Positions 1 to 25,229 of a stretch of DNA of 64,000 nt are shown here, in pieces. The position numbers and the translations under genes are program-made. Each line of letters starts with the position of its first letter. Positions within the stretch are counted from its first letter, which is position 1. The stretch lies in NCBI RefSeq assembly GCF_009914755.1, contig NC_060936.1, one strand, 5' to 3'. Source of the stretch: the human T2T-CHM13v2.0 reference genome, Homo sapiens. The notes beneath the pieces are model-generated. The model saw only the letters and a list, made by a program, of their open reading frames with translations, was not told the origin of the DNA and made no database searches.

Positions 1-1029
1 TTCTCTTCTAGTTTTCTCAATATGTGGTGTGGGCTGGAAGAGAAAATAAACAATGAGCTATCTTATGTACTATAAAGTTATATCTTTGTCTTCCTCCTGA
101 CTCAAGAATTACCCACAAACACATGTTCCCACAAAGCTGTAGACTAGATTGAATCAATCCCTTCTGTAAATTATACTGTTCTGTTGTTACTCCCTCTTTG
201 TTGCCTTTTCTCTAAACTCTTATTGTCCTGGTGTATATGTTATTGCTCTCCAGTAATTTCTCAGGACCATGTTTCTCTTTCCTAAAGAAATCTGTATGCT
301 ATAATTCTCTATCACATTGGCTGCTCAAAAATCCATACTTGGCACACTCATCTATTAAGACTCTCTGTCTAAAGCCAAACTGTGATCGGAGGAGAGAGAT
401 TGTTCACAAGTTAATCACAGACATCATCTAGGATCAACCTCAAATACAAACATTCCTCTCACCAAACATAGCTGAGAATTAATCCTGTGTATAGGACTCT
501 AGGTCAAAGCCAAACACTGATCCTTCCAAGACCATGTCCCTCTACTCCTTCCAATCTGAAATTCCTTTTGTCAGGGAGAGTCATATTTAGCAGCTATTAG
601 GAGTCACATGACACTTATCATTTCCATGTAAACATTTAGAGATCGCAAGTGGGTAAACTTGGAGAAGTTTGAGCCAGAGTGCCAGGAACAAGTGGAAGAG
701 CAGTTCCCAAGCCTTAGAAGAAATAGAGGAAGAACAAGACCTCCTACCTCTCATCAGAGGACAGTTATCAGGGTACAAAAGACTGAAAGAGAAAAGGAGT
801 TTCTGGGAGGAAATACTAAACCACACTCCATCTCTCACATTTCTTGACCAATGTGTGAGACCATCACAGCAACAGAAGGTAAATGCCCTAACTATCTCCC
901 TCTTTAGGAGTCATATGGTGTAATGAACATTAAGAAAACAAGTTATATTGTCTAGCTTTATACATAAATATAATAAAGGTATTTTATTTAACATTATGCC
1001 CAGGACACACTAGACTTCTCAAAAAAACA

Positions 1030-1360
1030 TATCATTGCAAAATGACAGTGCCAAGTCCTTACCTAACAATAATAACTTTGAATGTAATGAACTAATGTCT
1101 CCAGTTAAAAGACATAGAGGTCTGAATGAAATAAGAAAAACAGCATCCAACTGTATGCTGCCTACAACAAACTCAATTCATCCTTAAGGACACTACAGAC
1201 TGAAAGTGAAGAGATGGAAAAAGATATTCCATTCAAATGGAAACCAGAGCAGCAGCTATACTTACATCAGATAAAATATACTCTAAGCCAACAACTGTAA
1301 AAAGAGACAAAGGAGGTCATTATACAATAATAAAGGGATCAATTCAGCAAAAGAATATAA
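1030..1360 (+). mobile_element. Old L1 (L1MA/L1PB-like) fragment: start of ORF2 endonuclease domain; likely host segment 1
   Basis: Degenerate match to ORF2 N-terminus: ataactttgaatgtaatg (ITLNVN), aaagggatcaattcagc (KGSIQ). Confidence 0.75.
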
Positions 1361-3849
1361 CACAGATGCAGCAATCTTTAACAAAATACTAGCTAACTGA
1401 ATCCAACAGCATATCAAAAAGATAATCCACCGTGATCAAGTGGATTTCATACCAGGGATGCAGGGATGGCTTAACATACACAAGTCAATAAGTGTGACAT
1501 ACCACATAAACAGAATTAAAAACAAAAATCACATGATCATTTCAATAGATGCAGGAAAAACATTCAACAAAATCCTGCATCGCTTTATGATTAAAACTCT
1601 CAGCAAAATTGGCATACAAGGAAGATACCTCAATGTAATAAAAGCCATCTATGACAAACCCACAGCCAACATAATAGTGAATGGGAAAAGTTGAAAGCAT
1701 TCCCTCTGAGAATGGGAACAAGACAAGGATGCCTAGTCTCACCATTCCTCTTCACCATAGTACTATAAGTCCTAGCCAGAGCAATCAGACAAGAGAAAGA
1801 AATAAAGGGCATCCAAATTGGTCAAGAGGAAGTCAAATTGTCACTGTTTGCTGACGATATAATTGTTTACCTCAAAATCCCTAAAGACTCCTCCAGAAAG
1901 CTCCTAGGACTAATAAAAGAATTCAGCAAAGTTTCTAGATACAAGATTAATGTATGCAAATCAGTAGCTTTTCTATACACCACAGGGACCAAGCAGAGAA
2001 ACGAATCAAGAACTCAACCCCTTTTACAATAGCTGCAAAAAATATAAAATACTTAGGAATATACCTAACCTAGGAGGCAAAAGACCTCTACAAGGAAAAC
2101 TACAAAACACTGCTGAAAGAAATCATAGATGACACAAATAGAAACACATCCCATGCTCATGGATGGGTAGAATCAATATTGTGAAAATGACCATAATGCC
2201 AAAAGCAATCTACAAATTCAATGCAATCCCCATCAAAATACCACCATCATTCTTCACAGAATTAGAAAAAAAAAACAATTATAAAATGCATATGGAACCA
2301 AAAAGAGCTCATGTAGCCAAATCAAGATTAAGCAAAAAGAACAAATCTGGAGGCATCACACTATCTGATTTCAAACTATACAATAGGGCCACAGTCAACA
2401 AAACAGTGTGGTACTGGTTTAAAAAAAAAAAAAAAAATAGGGACATAGACCAGTGGAACAGCATAGAGAATCCAGAAATAAGCCCAAATACTTAAAGCCA
2501 ACTGATCTTCAACAAAGTAAACAAAAACATATAAAGTGGGGAAAGGACATCATTTTCAAAAAATGGTGCTGGGATATATGGCTAGCCACATGTAGGAGAA
2601 TGAAACTGGATCCTCATCTCTCACCTTATACAAAAATCAACCAAGATGGATTAAGGACTTAAACCTAAGACCTGAAACTATAAAAATTCCAGAATATAAC
2701 ATTGGAGAAACCGTTCTAGACTTTGGCTTAGGCAAGGATTTCCTGACCAAGAACCCCAAAAAAATGCAATAAAAACAAAGATAAATAGTTGGGGTCTAAT
2801 TAAACTAAAGAGCTTTTGCATGGCAAAAAGAACAGTCAGCAGAGTAAGCAGACAATCCACAGAGTGGGAGAAAATCTTCACAATCTATATATCTGACAAG
2901 GACTAATATCCAGAATCTACAACAAACTCAAACAAATCAGTAAGAAAAAAAAGCAAACAATCCCATCAAAAAGTAAGTTAAGGATGTGAATAGACAATTC
3001 TCAAAAGAAGATATACAAATGGCCAACAAACGTATGAAAAAATGCTCAACATCACTAATGATCAGCGAAATGTGAATCAAAACCACAATGTGATTCCACC
3101 TTACTCCTGCAAGCATGGCCATAATCAAAAAATCAAAAAACAGTAGATTTTGGCATAGATGTGGTAATCAGGGAACACTTCTACACTGCTAGTGGGAATA
3201 TAAACTAGTACAGCCACTATGGAAAACAGTGTGGAGACTACCTAAAGAACTAAAAGTAGAACTACCATTTGATTCTGTAATCCCACTACTGGTTATCTAC
3301 CCAGAGGAAAGGAAGCCATTATATGAAAAGATACTTTCACATGCATGTTTATAGCAGCACAATTCACAATTGCAAAATTGTGGAACCAACCGAAATGCCC
3401 ATCAGTCAACAAGTGGATAAAGAAACTGTTGTGTATATATATATATACATATATATATGATGAAATATATGATGAAATACCACTCAGCCATAAAAAGGAA
3501 TGAATTAATGGCATTTGCAGCGACCTGGATGAGACTGGAGACTATTATTCTAAGTGAAGTAACTCAGGAATGGAAAACCAAACATCTTATGTTCTCACTG
3601 ATATGTGGGAGCTAAGCTATGAAGATACAAAGGCATAAGAATGATACAGTGGACTTTGGGGACTTGGGGAGGAGGTTGGGAAGGGGGCAAGGGTTGAAGA
3701 TTACAAAAAGGGTCTCGTGTTATCGCCCAGGTGATAGGTGCACCAAAATCTCACACATCACCACTAAAGAACTTACTCATGTAACCAAATACCTCTTGTA
3801 CCACCAATAACCCATTGAGTGGAAAATAAATAAATAAATAAAAATAAAA
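1361..3849 (+). mobile_element. 5'-truncated L1PB (L1PB1-like): RT to 3' UTR with A-rich tail
   Basis: ORF fragments [21 protein letters not shown]; L1PB-type 3' end (caccactaaagaacttactcatgtaacc); internal (TA)n at about 3433-3458; (AAAT)n tail. Confidence 0.9.
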
Positions 3850-3857
3850 CGTGTTCT

Positions 3858-4501
3858 AAAAAAAGAATTAATAAAGATCAAAGCAGAAATAAATAAAATT
3901 GAGACTAAAAAAATACAGAAGATCAACAAAACAAAAAGTTGGTTTTTTGAAAAGATAAAATTCACAAACCTTTAGCTGGACAGAAAAATTAAGAGAAAAC
4001 ACAAATAAGTAAAATCAGAAATGAAAAAGGAGCCCTCACAAGAGATACACAGTAATATAAAGGGTCATTAGAGACTGCAATGAACAACTATATGCTAATG
4101 AATTCAAAAATCAAAAGTAAATGGATAAATCCCTCAACACATACAACCTACTGAGATGGAGCCTAGAGGAAACCGAAAACCTGAACAGACATGAACAAGT
4201 AACAAGATTGAATCAGTAATAATAAAAAGTCTCCCAACAAAGAAAAGTCCAGAACTAGATGCCTTCAAAACTGAATTCTACCAAACATTTAAAGAAAAAT
4301 TAATATCAGCTATTCTCAAACTATTCCAAAATGTTGATGCAGAGAGAACTTTTCCCAACTTATTCCCTGAGGCCCTGATTCCAAAACCAGAAAAGAACAC
4401 AGAAAAAAAAAAAACATGGGCCAATATTCCTGATGAACATACACACAAAAATCCTCAACAAAATACTAGCAAACAAAATCAAACAATATATCAAAAACAT
4501 A
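3858..4501 (+). mobile_element. Old L1 host segment 2 (ORF2 linker to start of RT)
   Basis: Degenerate ...KSWFFEKI... to [21 protein letters not shown]; interrupted at 4502 and resumes in register at 10653. Confidence 0.85.
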
Positions 4502-10580
<6,079 letters not shown>

Positions 10581-10652
10581 TTATCAAGTAGTTTACTCTT
10601 AAAAACATTTAAAAAATTAAAAATTTCATAACATTCTAAAAAAAAAACCATA

Positions 10653-12320
10653 ATACACCATGACTAAGTGGGATGTATCCCAGGAATGCAATGATGTTCC
10701 AACATAGGCAAATCAATAAATGTGATTCATCATATAAAACAGAATGGAGGACAAAAACCATATGATCATCTCAATAGATGAAGAAAAGATACCTGATAAA
10801 ATTCAATATCCCTTCATGATAAAAACTCTCAAAAAATTAAGTATGGAAAGAAAGTACCTCAACAGAATAAAGGCCTTATATGACTAAACCCATTATACTG
10901 AATCTAATGTCTAACATACTGAAGCTAACATTATACTGAAAGCTTTTCTTCTAAGAACTGAAACCAGACAAGGGAGTACACACTCACCACTCATTCCACA
11001 TAATTGAAGTCCTAGTCAAAGTAATTAGGCAGGAGAAAGAAATGAAAGGCATTCAAATTGGAAAGGAGGAAATCAAGTTGTCTCTGTTTATATATAGAAA
11101 ATCCTAAAGACTCAACCTAAAAACTCTTAGAACTGAAAAGTAAAGTCGTAGGATACAAAATCAGCATGCAAAAATCAGTAGCATTTCTATACATGAACAA
11201 CTAACTAGCTGAAAAAATAAATAAGGCAATCCCATTTACAATAGCTATTAAAAATAAAATAGCAAGGAATAAATTTAATGAAGGAAGTGAAAGACGTCTG
11301 CAAGGAAAACTACAAAACACTGATGAAAGAAACTAAAGAGGATACAAACAAATGGAAAGATATCACATGCTTGTAGGTCAGAAGAATTAATATTGTTAAA
11401 ATGACCATAATCCTAAAGCAATCTACAGATTCAATGCAACCATATCAAAACACCAATGACATTCTTCACAGAAATAGAAAAAAAAATCTTGAAATGTGTA
11501 TAGAACCTCAAAAGACTTCCAATAGGCAAAGCAATCCTGGACAAAAAGAACAAAGCTAAAGGCATCACATTACCAGGCTTCAAAATATACTACAAAGCTG
11601 TAGTAACAAAAACAGCATGGTACCGGCATGAAAACAGACACATAGACCAATTGAATAGAATAGATAACACAGATATTAATACACATATCTATAGCCAACT
11701 GATTTTGACAAAGGCACCAAGACAGTCTTGGGGAAAGGACAGTCTCTTCAAGAAATGGTGCTGGGGAAACTGGATGTCCATATATAGAAGAATGAAACTA
11801 GACTCCCACCTCTCTCCCTACAAAAATCAACTCAAAATGGATGGAAGACCTAAATGTAAGACCCAAAACTATAAAACTTCTAGAAGAAAACGAAGGGGGG
11901 AATCTTCATAACATTGGTCTGGGTAATGACTTATTGGATATAACAACAAAAGAATAAGCAACAAATATAAAAATATAGACAAATTAATTACATCGAATTT
12001 AAAACCTTCTACACAGTGAAGGAAACAATCAACAGAGTGAGGAGGCAATCTATAGAATGGGAGAAAATATTTGCAAACTATTTATCTCACAGGAGATTAA
12101 TATCCAAAATACATAAGGAACTCAAACAACTCAGTAGCAAGAAAACAAATAACCTAATTTAAAAACAGGCAAAGGACCTAAACAGAAACTTCTCAAAGGA
12201 AGACATACAAATGACAACAGGTATATGAAAAAAAAATGTTCAACATCACTAATCATCAGAAAAATGCAAATCAAAACCACATGAGCTATCACCTCACTCC
12301 TGTTGAAATGGTTATTACCA
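10653..12320 (+). mobile_element. Old L1 host segment 3 (RT to C-terminal ORF2; L1MA-like)
   Basis: Resumes ...IHHD.VG.IPGMQ; contains [15 protein letters not shown]; ends at ctcactcctgttgaaatggttattacc. Confidence 0.85.
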
Positions 12321-12651
12321 TCTGGGTGTGTGGCTTATGCCTGAATCCCAGCACTATGGGAGGCCAAGGCAGGAGGATTACTTGAGCCCAGGAGTTTGAG
12401 AATAGCCTGGGGAATATAGTGGGACCTCATCTCTACAAAAAATAAAAATAAAAAATAAATACTGGGGGCACTGTGGCATCTCTACAAAAAAAAAATAGTG
12501 GGGTCACTGGGACCTATAGTCCTAGCTACTCTGGAAGGTGAAGTGGAGAGTTCATTTGAGCCCAGAAGATGGAGGTTACAGTGAGCTGAGATTGTGCCAC
12601 TGCACTCTATGCTGGAAAACAGAGAGAGACTCTGTCAAAAAAAAAAAAAAA
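12321..12651 (+). mobile_element. AluJ with partly duplicated middle linker
   Basis: Dimeric Alu with J diagnostic ggaggattacttgagcccagg; catctctacaaaaa occurs twice (about 12428 and 12477); A15 tail. Confidence 0.9.
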
Positions 12652-18779
<6,128 letters not shown>

Positions 18780-20445
18780 TCAGAAATGACACAAATAAAT
18801 GGAAAAACATTCCACCCTCACAGACAGGAAGAATCAATATCATTAAAATGGCCATGCTGCCCAAAGCAATTTATAAATTCAATGCTATTCTTATTAAACT
18901 ATCATTGGCTTCCTTCACAGAACCAGAAAAAACTATTTTAAAATGCATATGGAACCAAAAAAGACCTCGAATAGCCAAGGCAATCCTAAGCATAAAGAAC
19001 AAAGCTGGAGGCATCACGCCACCTGACTTCAAACTATACTATAGGGCTACAGTAACCAAAACAGCATGATACTGGTACAAAAACAGACACATAGACCAGT
19101 GGAACAGAATAGAGAGCCTAGAAATAAGGCCACACACCTACAACCATCTAATCTTCGACAAAGCTGACAAAAACAAGCAATGGGAAAATGACTCCCTATT
19201 CAATAAATGGTACTGGGGGAACTGGCTAGCCATATGCAGAAGATTGAAACTAGACCCTTTCCTTACACCATATACAAAAATAAACTCAAGATTGATTAAA
19301 GACTTAAATGTAAAACCCAAAACTATAAAAACCCTGGAAGACAACCTAGGCAATACCATTCTGGACATAGGAACAAGCAAAGATTTCATGACAAAGACAC
19401 CAAAAGTAATTGCAACAAAAGCAAAAATTGGCAAAGGGGATCTATTTAAACTAAAGAACAGCAAAGGAAACTGCCAACAGAGTGAACAGACAACCTACAG
19501 AATGGGAGAAAATTTTTGCAAACTATGCATCTGACAAAGGTCTAATATATATCTATAAGGAACTTAAATTTACAAGAATAAAAACAAACAACCTCAAGTG
19601 GGCAAAGGACATGAATAGACACATTTCAAAAGAAGGCATGGCATACATGCGGCCGACAATCATATGAAAAAAGCTCAACATCACTGATCATTAGAGAAAT
19701 GCAAATCAAAGCCACAATGAGATATCATCTTACACCAGTCAGAATGGCTATGATCATTAAGTCAAAAAATAATGTTTGCTGGCAAGGTTGCAGAGAAAAA
19801 GAAACACTTATACACTGTTGGTGGGAGTGTAAATTAGTCCATCCATTGTGGAAGACAGTGTGGCAATTCCTCAGAGATCTAAAAGCAGAAGTACCATTTG
19901 ACCCTGTAATCCCATTTCTGGGTATATACCCAAAGGATTATAAATCATTCTATTATAAAGACACGTGCATATGAATGTTCACTGCAGCACTGTTCACAAT
20001 AACAAAGACATGGAATCAACCTAAATGCCCATCAATGGGAGACTAGATAAAGGAAACGTGGTACACATACAACATGAGATACTATGCAGCCATAAAAAAA
20101 GAACAAGATCATGTCTTTTGTGGGAACATGATTGGCACTGAAGGCTATCATCCTTAACAAGCTAATTCAGAAACAGAAAATCAAATACTAAATGTTCTTA
20201 CTTATAAGTGGAAGCCTAATGATGAGAACACATGGACACATTGAGGGGAATGACACACACTAGGGGCTGTCAGAGGATGGAGGGTGGGAGGAGGAAGAGG
20301 ATCAGGAAAAATAACTAATGGGTACTAGACTTAATACCTGGGTGACAAAATAATCTGTACAACAAAACCTCATGACACAAAGTTTACCCGTACAACAGAC
20401 CTGCACATGTACCCCTGAACTTAAAATAAAAGTTAAATTTAAAAA
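18780..20445 (+). mobile_element. 5'-truncated L1PA11-13-like element
   Basis: ORF2 C-terminal fragments ([26 protein letters not shown]); 3' end aggatcaggaaaaataactaatgggtacta...cccctgaacttaaaataaaagtt. Confidence 0.85.
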
Positions 20446-20564
20446 GAGAAACTGAAACTATGACATGAACATACATAATCCTTACTCTATTGCTATGTAC
20501 CTAAGTAGAATTCATTACATTAAATTGATATAGTGATGGTAATTATAATAAATATTTTCCAAGT

Positions 20565-21250
20565 AAAAAAATAACAAATGTTGGCAAGGCTGTGGAAAAA
20601 AGGGACTGCTTATACTCTGTTGGCGGGAATGTAAATCAGTTCAGCCACTGTGGACAGCAGTTTGGAGATTTCTCAAAGAACTAAAAATAGAACTACCATT
20701 TGACCCAATACCCATTACTGAGTATATATATCCAAAGGAAAATAAATTGTTCTACCAAGAAGACATGCACTCATATGTTCATCACAGCACCATTCACAAC
20801 AGCAAAGATATGGAATCAACCTAGGTGCCCATCAATGGTGGAGTGGATAAGGAAAACATGGTACATATATAACATGAAATATTATACAGCCATAGAAAAG
20901 AACAACATCATGTCCTTTGCAGCAACATAACTGCAGCAGGAGGATATTATCCTAAGCGAATTAATGCAGAAACAGAAAATCAGATACCACATGTTCTCAC
21001 ATATAAGTTAAACATCAGGTATACATGGACATAAAGATGGGAACAATAAACACAGGACTACACAAGGATAGAGGAATCGAGAGAGGCAAGGATTGAAAAA
21101 CTACCTATCAGGTACTATACTCACTACCTGGGTGATGGGTTCAATCATACCCTAAACCTCAGCATCATGCAACATACCCATGTAACAAACCTGTACATGT
21201 ACCCTCTGAATCTAAAATAAAAGTTGAATTTTTTTAATTAATTAAAAACA
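20565..21250 (+). mobile_element. L1PA15-17-like 3' end
   Basis: ttgaaaaactacctatcaggtactat...ctgaatctaaaataaaagttg 3' UTR signature. Confidence 0.8.
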
Positions 21251-22364
21251 AAAGATGAAAAAAGACTTTCATTCTGTCTTCCCCATAATCATATCTCAGC
21301 ATCTTCAACATTGCCATGCCTAGCGTATAGCAGAAACTCCACAAATATTTGCTAAATGAATTGCTGAATATATGAATGGTTCAGTATTTCACATCCACCA
21401 GTTTTCTTTCTCTTTTGTTATGAAATCTGTATGCACTTTATCAGTAATTCTTAAATAGTTCGGCTTTGGTATTCTTTGGGTTGCACTGAGTTTGTTCATT
21501 TTTAAATACTTTTCATGAGTGTTTTATAACACTATATATTATCTGTATACATCTGCAATAGTAATATTGCTACACCATCTCCTCTTCTAGTTGTTTTATC
21601 TCAAGAAAAACACATCAGAAAAAATTCAGAGAAAGACATTGTAGGATGGTTTCTTTTTGTTTGTTTGTTTGTTTTTGTTTGGATGGTTTCTATCATGGCC
21701 ATAGAAATGATTAAGAGTCTTCAGGGAAAGCAGGCAAAAAGGGAGAATGGATTTCAGGTGAGATCAGGAAGGGCATAGGAAAAGTAAGCAGAAACCTCTT
21801 CACTCCAGAATACAAGAAGTGTAAGGAAAGGCTCTTGAAGCTTGAAAACATTGAAATTAAGACAAACAAAAAGACATCCTAGTTCACACCATGCCATTAT
21901 TAGCTATAAGGTGCTATTAGAAGCTGAAAAATTAAGACTAAGGAAAGGAAAAAGAATTGTGCAAGATCCCCATGTTAGCAGCAGAACTGCGACTAAAATT
22001 TAAGTTGTCTGACTTCTGATGTAGCATAGTACATTCGCACCATGCAGAGCTACCCATGTGCAGTGCAAAACCCGAGCATGTTTTAGCAATAAAATTTTAA
22101 TGCAAATTAAAATTGCTGAACAGGCTGGACATTCATAGATGACTGTGGCTGGACTTACCAAAATTGTGACAAAGTTGTCTTTGATGCCTTCCCCTCCACT
22201 TATCAGTTCTCAAAAATATTTACCCAATTGATGTTGCCAACTACATTATTAACAACTGACAGTAATACAAATATTTATTTAGGGGTAAGTTCTTAGGTAA
22301 ATATTTTGTCATCTTCTCTGAAGATTTTTTGCAAATTGTTTTGCTTACGAGGCCAGAGCAGCCA

Positions 22365-22711
22365 TATTCTAAGTTCATTAGTGAATTCTGAGAGCAGATT
22401 TCCCTGAGCACCGTTTGTTTTTGTTCCCCCGCCTCTGAATTGATCCCCTGGGTCTGTAGTAAAAGAGTCTATAAAGCAAATGTCCCTTTCCTTTGGATGG
22501 AACCTGTGCAGAAGCCTCTTACATGACCGGAAACTTCAGAACCTTAGATTCCCAGCGGAAATCATGCGCCATGATAAAAAGGGGAAGAGGTTTCCAGCTT
22601 CAATTCAGATTCTAACCCTCTGCTATGTGGTTTGGATGCTGACTGAGCAACAGAATTGTCTCTGTAGATAGCTATGTTTTTGGATTGTTGCTGCTGAAGG
22701 GACAGGTAGGT
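22365..22711 (+). promoter_or_regulatory. Candidate promoter and non-coding exon 1 of the OR6-family pseudogene
   Basis: Non-repeat stretch with homeodomain site (ttcattag), O/E-like site (aattgatcccctgggt, about 22438-22453), TATA-like ctataaag (about 22470) and donor cag|gtaggt at 22706. Confidence 0.4.
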
Positions 22712-23380
22712 TGGAGAAGGCCAGAGAGAAATGAAGGCAGTCAAAAACAAATTTCTATGGAAACTTAATCCTGAAATTATTTCTACAGAGTTGCCTCCAC
22801 ATTTTTCTGCAAGGCTGAGCTCTTTTCATGAAACCACGTAGGCCATTTGGGCCTTTAAACTCTCTGCTCCCTCTTTAGGGAATCGTTAGAGATCTGAGGA
22901 GCTTGTGTTCTCCCTGGGCTGGTGAATCTCTGAGGCTGCTTCCCAGGTAACCAGTCGCTGTACAGAAAGGAAGGGAGCTGCATGTCACAGCTTGCCTTGC
23001 CAGACCACAGAAGTCACCCAAGACCAAGGTTTCTAAATCATTCAGCAAATTCCCTATGGCCTGGTGGGAGCTCTCTCTTTTTAAGCTGAAAAAAACTGAA
23101 GCTGAAGAACTGCTTCTCCTCCCCAGAAATGGGCCTTTTTGCAAACACTGGCTGGTTGTAGGTGGGAAGACCGATAGCAAATCCCTAGGCAAGAATTCTC
23201 TCCAAACTTTATAAATTCATATATCCCATCAGTAAAAATAAAATTGGGAAAATATCCCCAATATATGGGTATGTTTATCAATGTTTAAGTTATTTGCACT
23301 ACTACTATATATATAGTTTGTGTTTTAAAATATACACAAAAACAGACTTTTTTAAGCTACAGAGCTTTGGAGGCTGGTTG

Positions 23381-23751
23381 TTTTTTATTATTATTATTTT
23401 TTATTTCCAAATGTTATTGGGGAACAGGTGGTGTTTGGTTACATGAATAAGTTCTTTAGTGATGATTTGTGAGATGTTGGTGCACCCATCACCCAAACAG
23501 TATACACTGAATCCAATTTGTAGTCTTTTATCCCTCACCCTCCCAACTCTTTCCCCATGAGCCCTAAAGTTCACTGTGTCATTCTTATGCCTTTGCATCC
23601 TCATAGCTTAGTTACCACTTATTAGTGAGAATATGTGATATTTGGTTTTCCATTCCTGAGATACTTCACTTAGAATAATAGTCTCCAATCTCATCCAGGT
23701 TGCTGCAAATGCCTTTAATTCATTCCTTTTTATGGCTCAGTAGTAGTCCAT

Positions 23752-23795
<44 letters not shown>

Positions 23796-24758
23796 ACAAC
23801 TTTGCAATTGCAAATTGTGCTGCTATAAACATGCATGTGCAAGTATCTTTTTCGAATAATGACTTATTTTCCTCTGGGGAGACACCCAGTAGTGGGATTG
23901 CTAGATCAAATGATAGTTCTACTTTTAGCTCTTTAAGGAATCTCCACACTGTTTACCACAGTGGCTGTACTAGTTTACATTCCCACCAGCAGTGTAGAAG
24001 TGTTCCCTGTTCACCACAGCCATGCCAACATCTACTGTTTTTTTATTTTTTTATTATGGCCATTCTTGCAGGAGTAAGGTGGTATTGCATTGTGGTTTTG
24101 ATTTGCATTTCCTTGATCATTAGTGATGTTGAGCATTTTTTTATATGTTTGTTGACCATTTGTAGATATTCTTTTGAGAATTGTCTATTTGTGTCCTTAG
24201 CTCACTTTTTGATGGGATTGTTTGTTTTTTCTTACTGATTTGTTTGAGTTTCTTGTAGATTCTGGATATTAGTCCTTTGTCAGATGTATAGATTGTGAAG
24301 GTTTTCTCCCACTCTGTGGGTTGTCTGTTTACTCTGCTGACTGTTCCTTTTGCTGTGCAAAAGCTCTTTAGTTTAATTAGGTCCCAACTATTTATCTTTG
24401 CTTTTATTGCATTTGCTTTTGGGTTCTTGGTCAGGAAATCCTTGCCTAAGCCAAAGTCTAAAGGGCTTTTCCAATGTTATCTTCTAGAATCTTTATAGTT
24501 TCAGGTCTTAGATTTAAGTCCTTAATCCATCTTGAGTTGATTTCTGTGTAAGGTGAGAGATGAGGATCCAGTTTCGTTCTCCTACATGTGGTTTGTAAAT
24601 TATCACAGCACCATGTGTTGAATAGGATGTCCTTTCCTCACTTTATGTTTTTGTTTGCTTTGTTGAAGATCAGTTGGATGTAAGTATCTGGGCTTATTTC
24701 TGGGTTCTCTATTCTCTTCCATTGGCCTATGTGCCTATTTTTATACCAGTATCATGCT
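23381..24758 (-). mobile_element. 5'-truncated L1PB (L1PB1-like)
   Basis: Reverse complement of the same 3' end as 1361-3849; T-rich tail at 23381; near-TSD 23338-23353 / 24759-24774. Confidence 0.9.
23758..23793. repeat. (TA)n microsatellite inside L1PB
   Basis: About 18 perfect TA units. Confidence 0.95.
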
Positions 24759-24794
24759 AAAAACAGATGTTTTTAATGAGCTAAAGATAAATGC

Positions 24795-24973
24795 CATAGT
24801 TCATTAACTTCAAGACACCCATTTTAACATCTTTGAGATTGAGATTATATTATAATCAATGGTATCTTAGCATAATGCCATAGTCTTCTTGGCAGTCTTT
24901 TTTCTTTCTTAATGGCACATAAAATAATAGTGTATTTCATATTAGATTGTATCCTAGATTTTATGAAATATCA
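24795..24973. mobile_element. MER104-like non-autonomous TcMar DNA transposon
   Basis: cattttaacatctttgagatt...cttaatggcacataaaataatagtg...atgaaata; degenerate inverted ends. Confidence 0.6.
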
Positions 24974-25229
24974 TATAACTTGAAGGATCTCATATCTCCT
25001 TCTCATATCCCAGTGGATCACGTGGCATATCCCATGATGTGAGCAGCCTCCCCATTTAAAGACCAGTGACATAGGCCATGGAGTTTCTGGGCCATCAGTC
25101 TCAAATAAAAAAAAGAGAGAGTGAATCACTCTTAAGATTTTTACAGATTTCTCCAGGGGGAAAAAATCCCTTTTCTACTCAATAAAATAACAAGCCTGAG
25201 AGCCTTAGTGAATCTGATCATGGCAAGAA

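Noticed and set aside
355-525. Short similarity aaagccaaac..tgatc at about 371 and 506
   Set aside because: About 30 bp and imperfect; cannot be distinguished from chance by eye.
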